Source of the DNA: the human T2T-CHM13v2.0 reference genome, Homo sapiens
Reading direction: 5' to 3' (one strand)
Assembly (NCBI RefSeq): GCF_009914755.1
Contig: NC_060933.1
Length of the DNA stretch: 64,000 bases
Both the position numbers and the translations under genes were made by a program. The notes beneath the pieces were generated by a model. That model was not told the DNA's origin. It saw only the letters and a program-made list of their open reading frames with translations, and did no database searches. Shown piece by piece: positions 58,123 to 64,000 of the stretch (positions within the stretch are counted from its first letter, which is position 1; each line of letters starts with the position of its first letter).

Positions 58123-58999
58123 GGCCGAAGCCGGAACTTTCCCTGCGTCACGTCCGGCCCGTGAGTGGCGCCTGCGCAGCGCCGTTAAAGCGCGACCCGT
58201 TTCTCCCCGCTACGTCGGTACGCCCGGCGCCCCCTCTGGCTGAACCCCGACTGCAGGCCCCAAGAGAGCCCGCTTCGGTCCACCCCGCGAAACCTGCTGG
58301 GACCCGTAGTCGTCTGCCGCGGGGGTGCTGGGATGTGTAGTTTTCTGTTGTGGACAGCCACCCCTCTCTTTTCCTCCCGTTCCTCCAGACTTTCACCTCC
58401 CGGCAGCCGGCGAGGCTTTTCCGAGGCAAAACAGCGGAGTAGGTGGTCCTAGCCACTCACTGGTTTGTTTTTCCAACCCTTTTAAGCACTCTCCAGAATA
58501 TCTTCACTTAACAATTGGGTAAGCCTGGCCGTAGTAACCGTTTGCACCTTTCCAAGTCCCTGTGAAAACCTCGCCTAAGCCTGTGGCAGAGATGTCAGGC
58601 CCCAGTCTTCCAGCCTGAAAGGAAGGGAAACGAATATTATTAAAGCATTTCTGATGCTAAATGCGATACAAATGATATTTTTCCTTTTAATCTTCGTAAC
58701 GATTGATAGGAAAGTGAGGCTAGGAAACTGCAGTTCACCCCAAATCTCACAGGGAACAAAATGGTGGGGTCAAGATTGAAAAATGGCTTAAGCTTAAGCA
58801 TGCTTCCAGTGAGAATCCCACGAGGGCAGGGAGTTTTTTGCTGTAACTCCAGCACCGAGAACAGTACCTGGTACTAGCATACCTTCAGCGTTCGTTTATC
58901 CAACCACTCTTTGCTGAGCAACAAAGATGTGCCAGGTACAGCTCAAGGCGCTTGCAGTACTTCGTGAACAAAATAGACAAAGATCTCTATTCTATCTGT

Positions 59000-64000
<5,001 letters not shown>

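Larger units (their letters stand above)
57450..58450 (-). promoter_or_regulatory. PPP6C: PPP6C CpG-island promoter
   Basis: CpG-dense; YY1-like CGCCATTTT over the start codon (58050-58058), ETS core CCGGAA (58131-58136), CRE-like TGACGCA (58144-58150, minus), NRF1-like GCGCCTGCGCA (58168-58178), two ACTACnnnTCCCA motifs (58298-58310, 58329-58341). Confidence 0.88.

Noticed and set aside
57433-58522. Overlapping long ORFs in the PPP6C CpG island
   Set aside because: GC-bias artefacts, apart from the exon 1 frame.

Overview
Primate (very likely human chr9q33.3) genomic DNA, extremely Alu-rich. Two protein-coding genes lie in tandem on the minus strand. The first is the complete PPP6C gene (PP6 catalytic subunit): 7 coding exons from 58055 to 18015, 918 nt = 305 aa, all GT-AG, a ~3 kb 3'UTR, plus an in-frame alternative exon-1 extension and 29-nt microexon. 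The second is the 5' end of SCAI (coding exons 1-2, CpG-island promoter ~3 kb downstream of the PPP6C 3' end). There are three processed pseudogenes: a full-length PRPS1 retrocopy antisense in PPP6C intron 6; an NDUFB3 retrocopy hidden inside an old L1 in intron 1, absent from the ORF track and carrying an L1-derived filler; and an RPSA retrocopy at the right edge hit by two Alus. The rest is Alu, L1, L2, MIR, a THE1 solo LTR, MER20/Tigger3/Charlie DNA transposons and microsatellites. Nearly all ORF-track entries are Alu-derived noise. I found no convincing wholly novel biological system. The best leads are regulatory or evolutionary: the chimeric retrocopy, a divergent Kozak ORF at the SCAI promoter, a miRNA seed cluster and possible read-through. 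Gene and repeat names come from recalled sequences, not database searches, and repeat boundaries are approximate.
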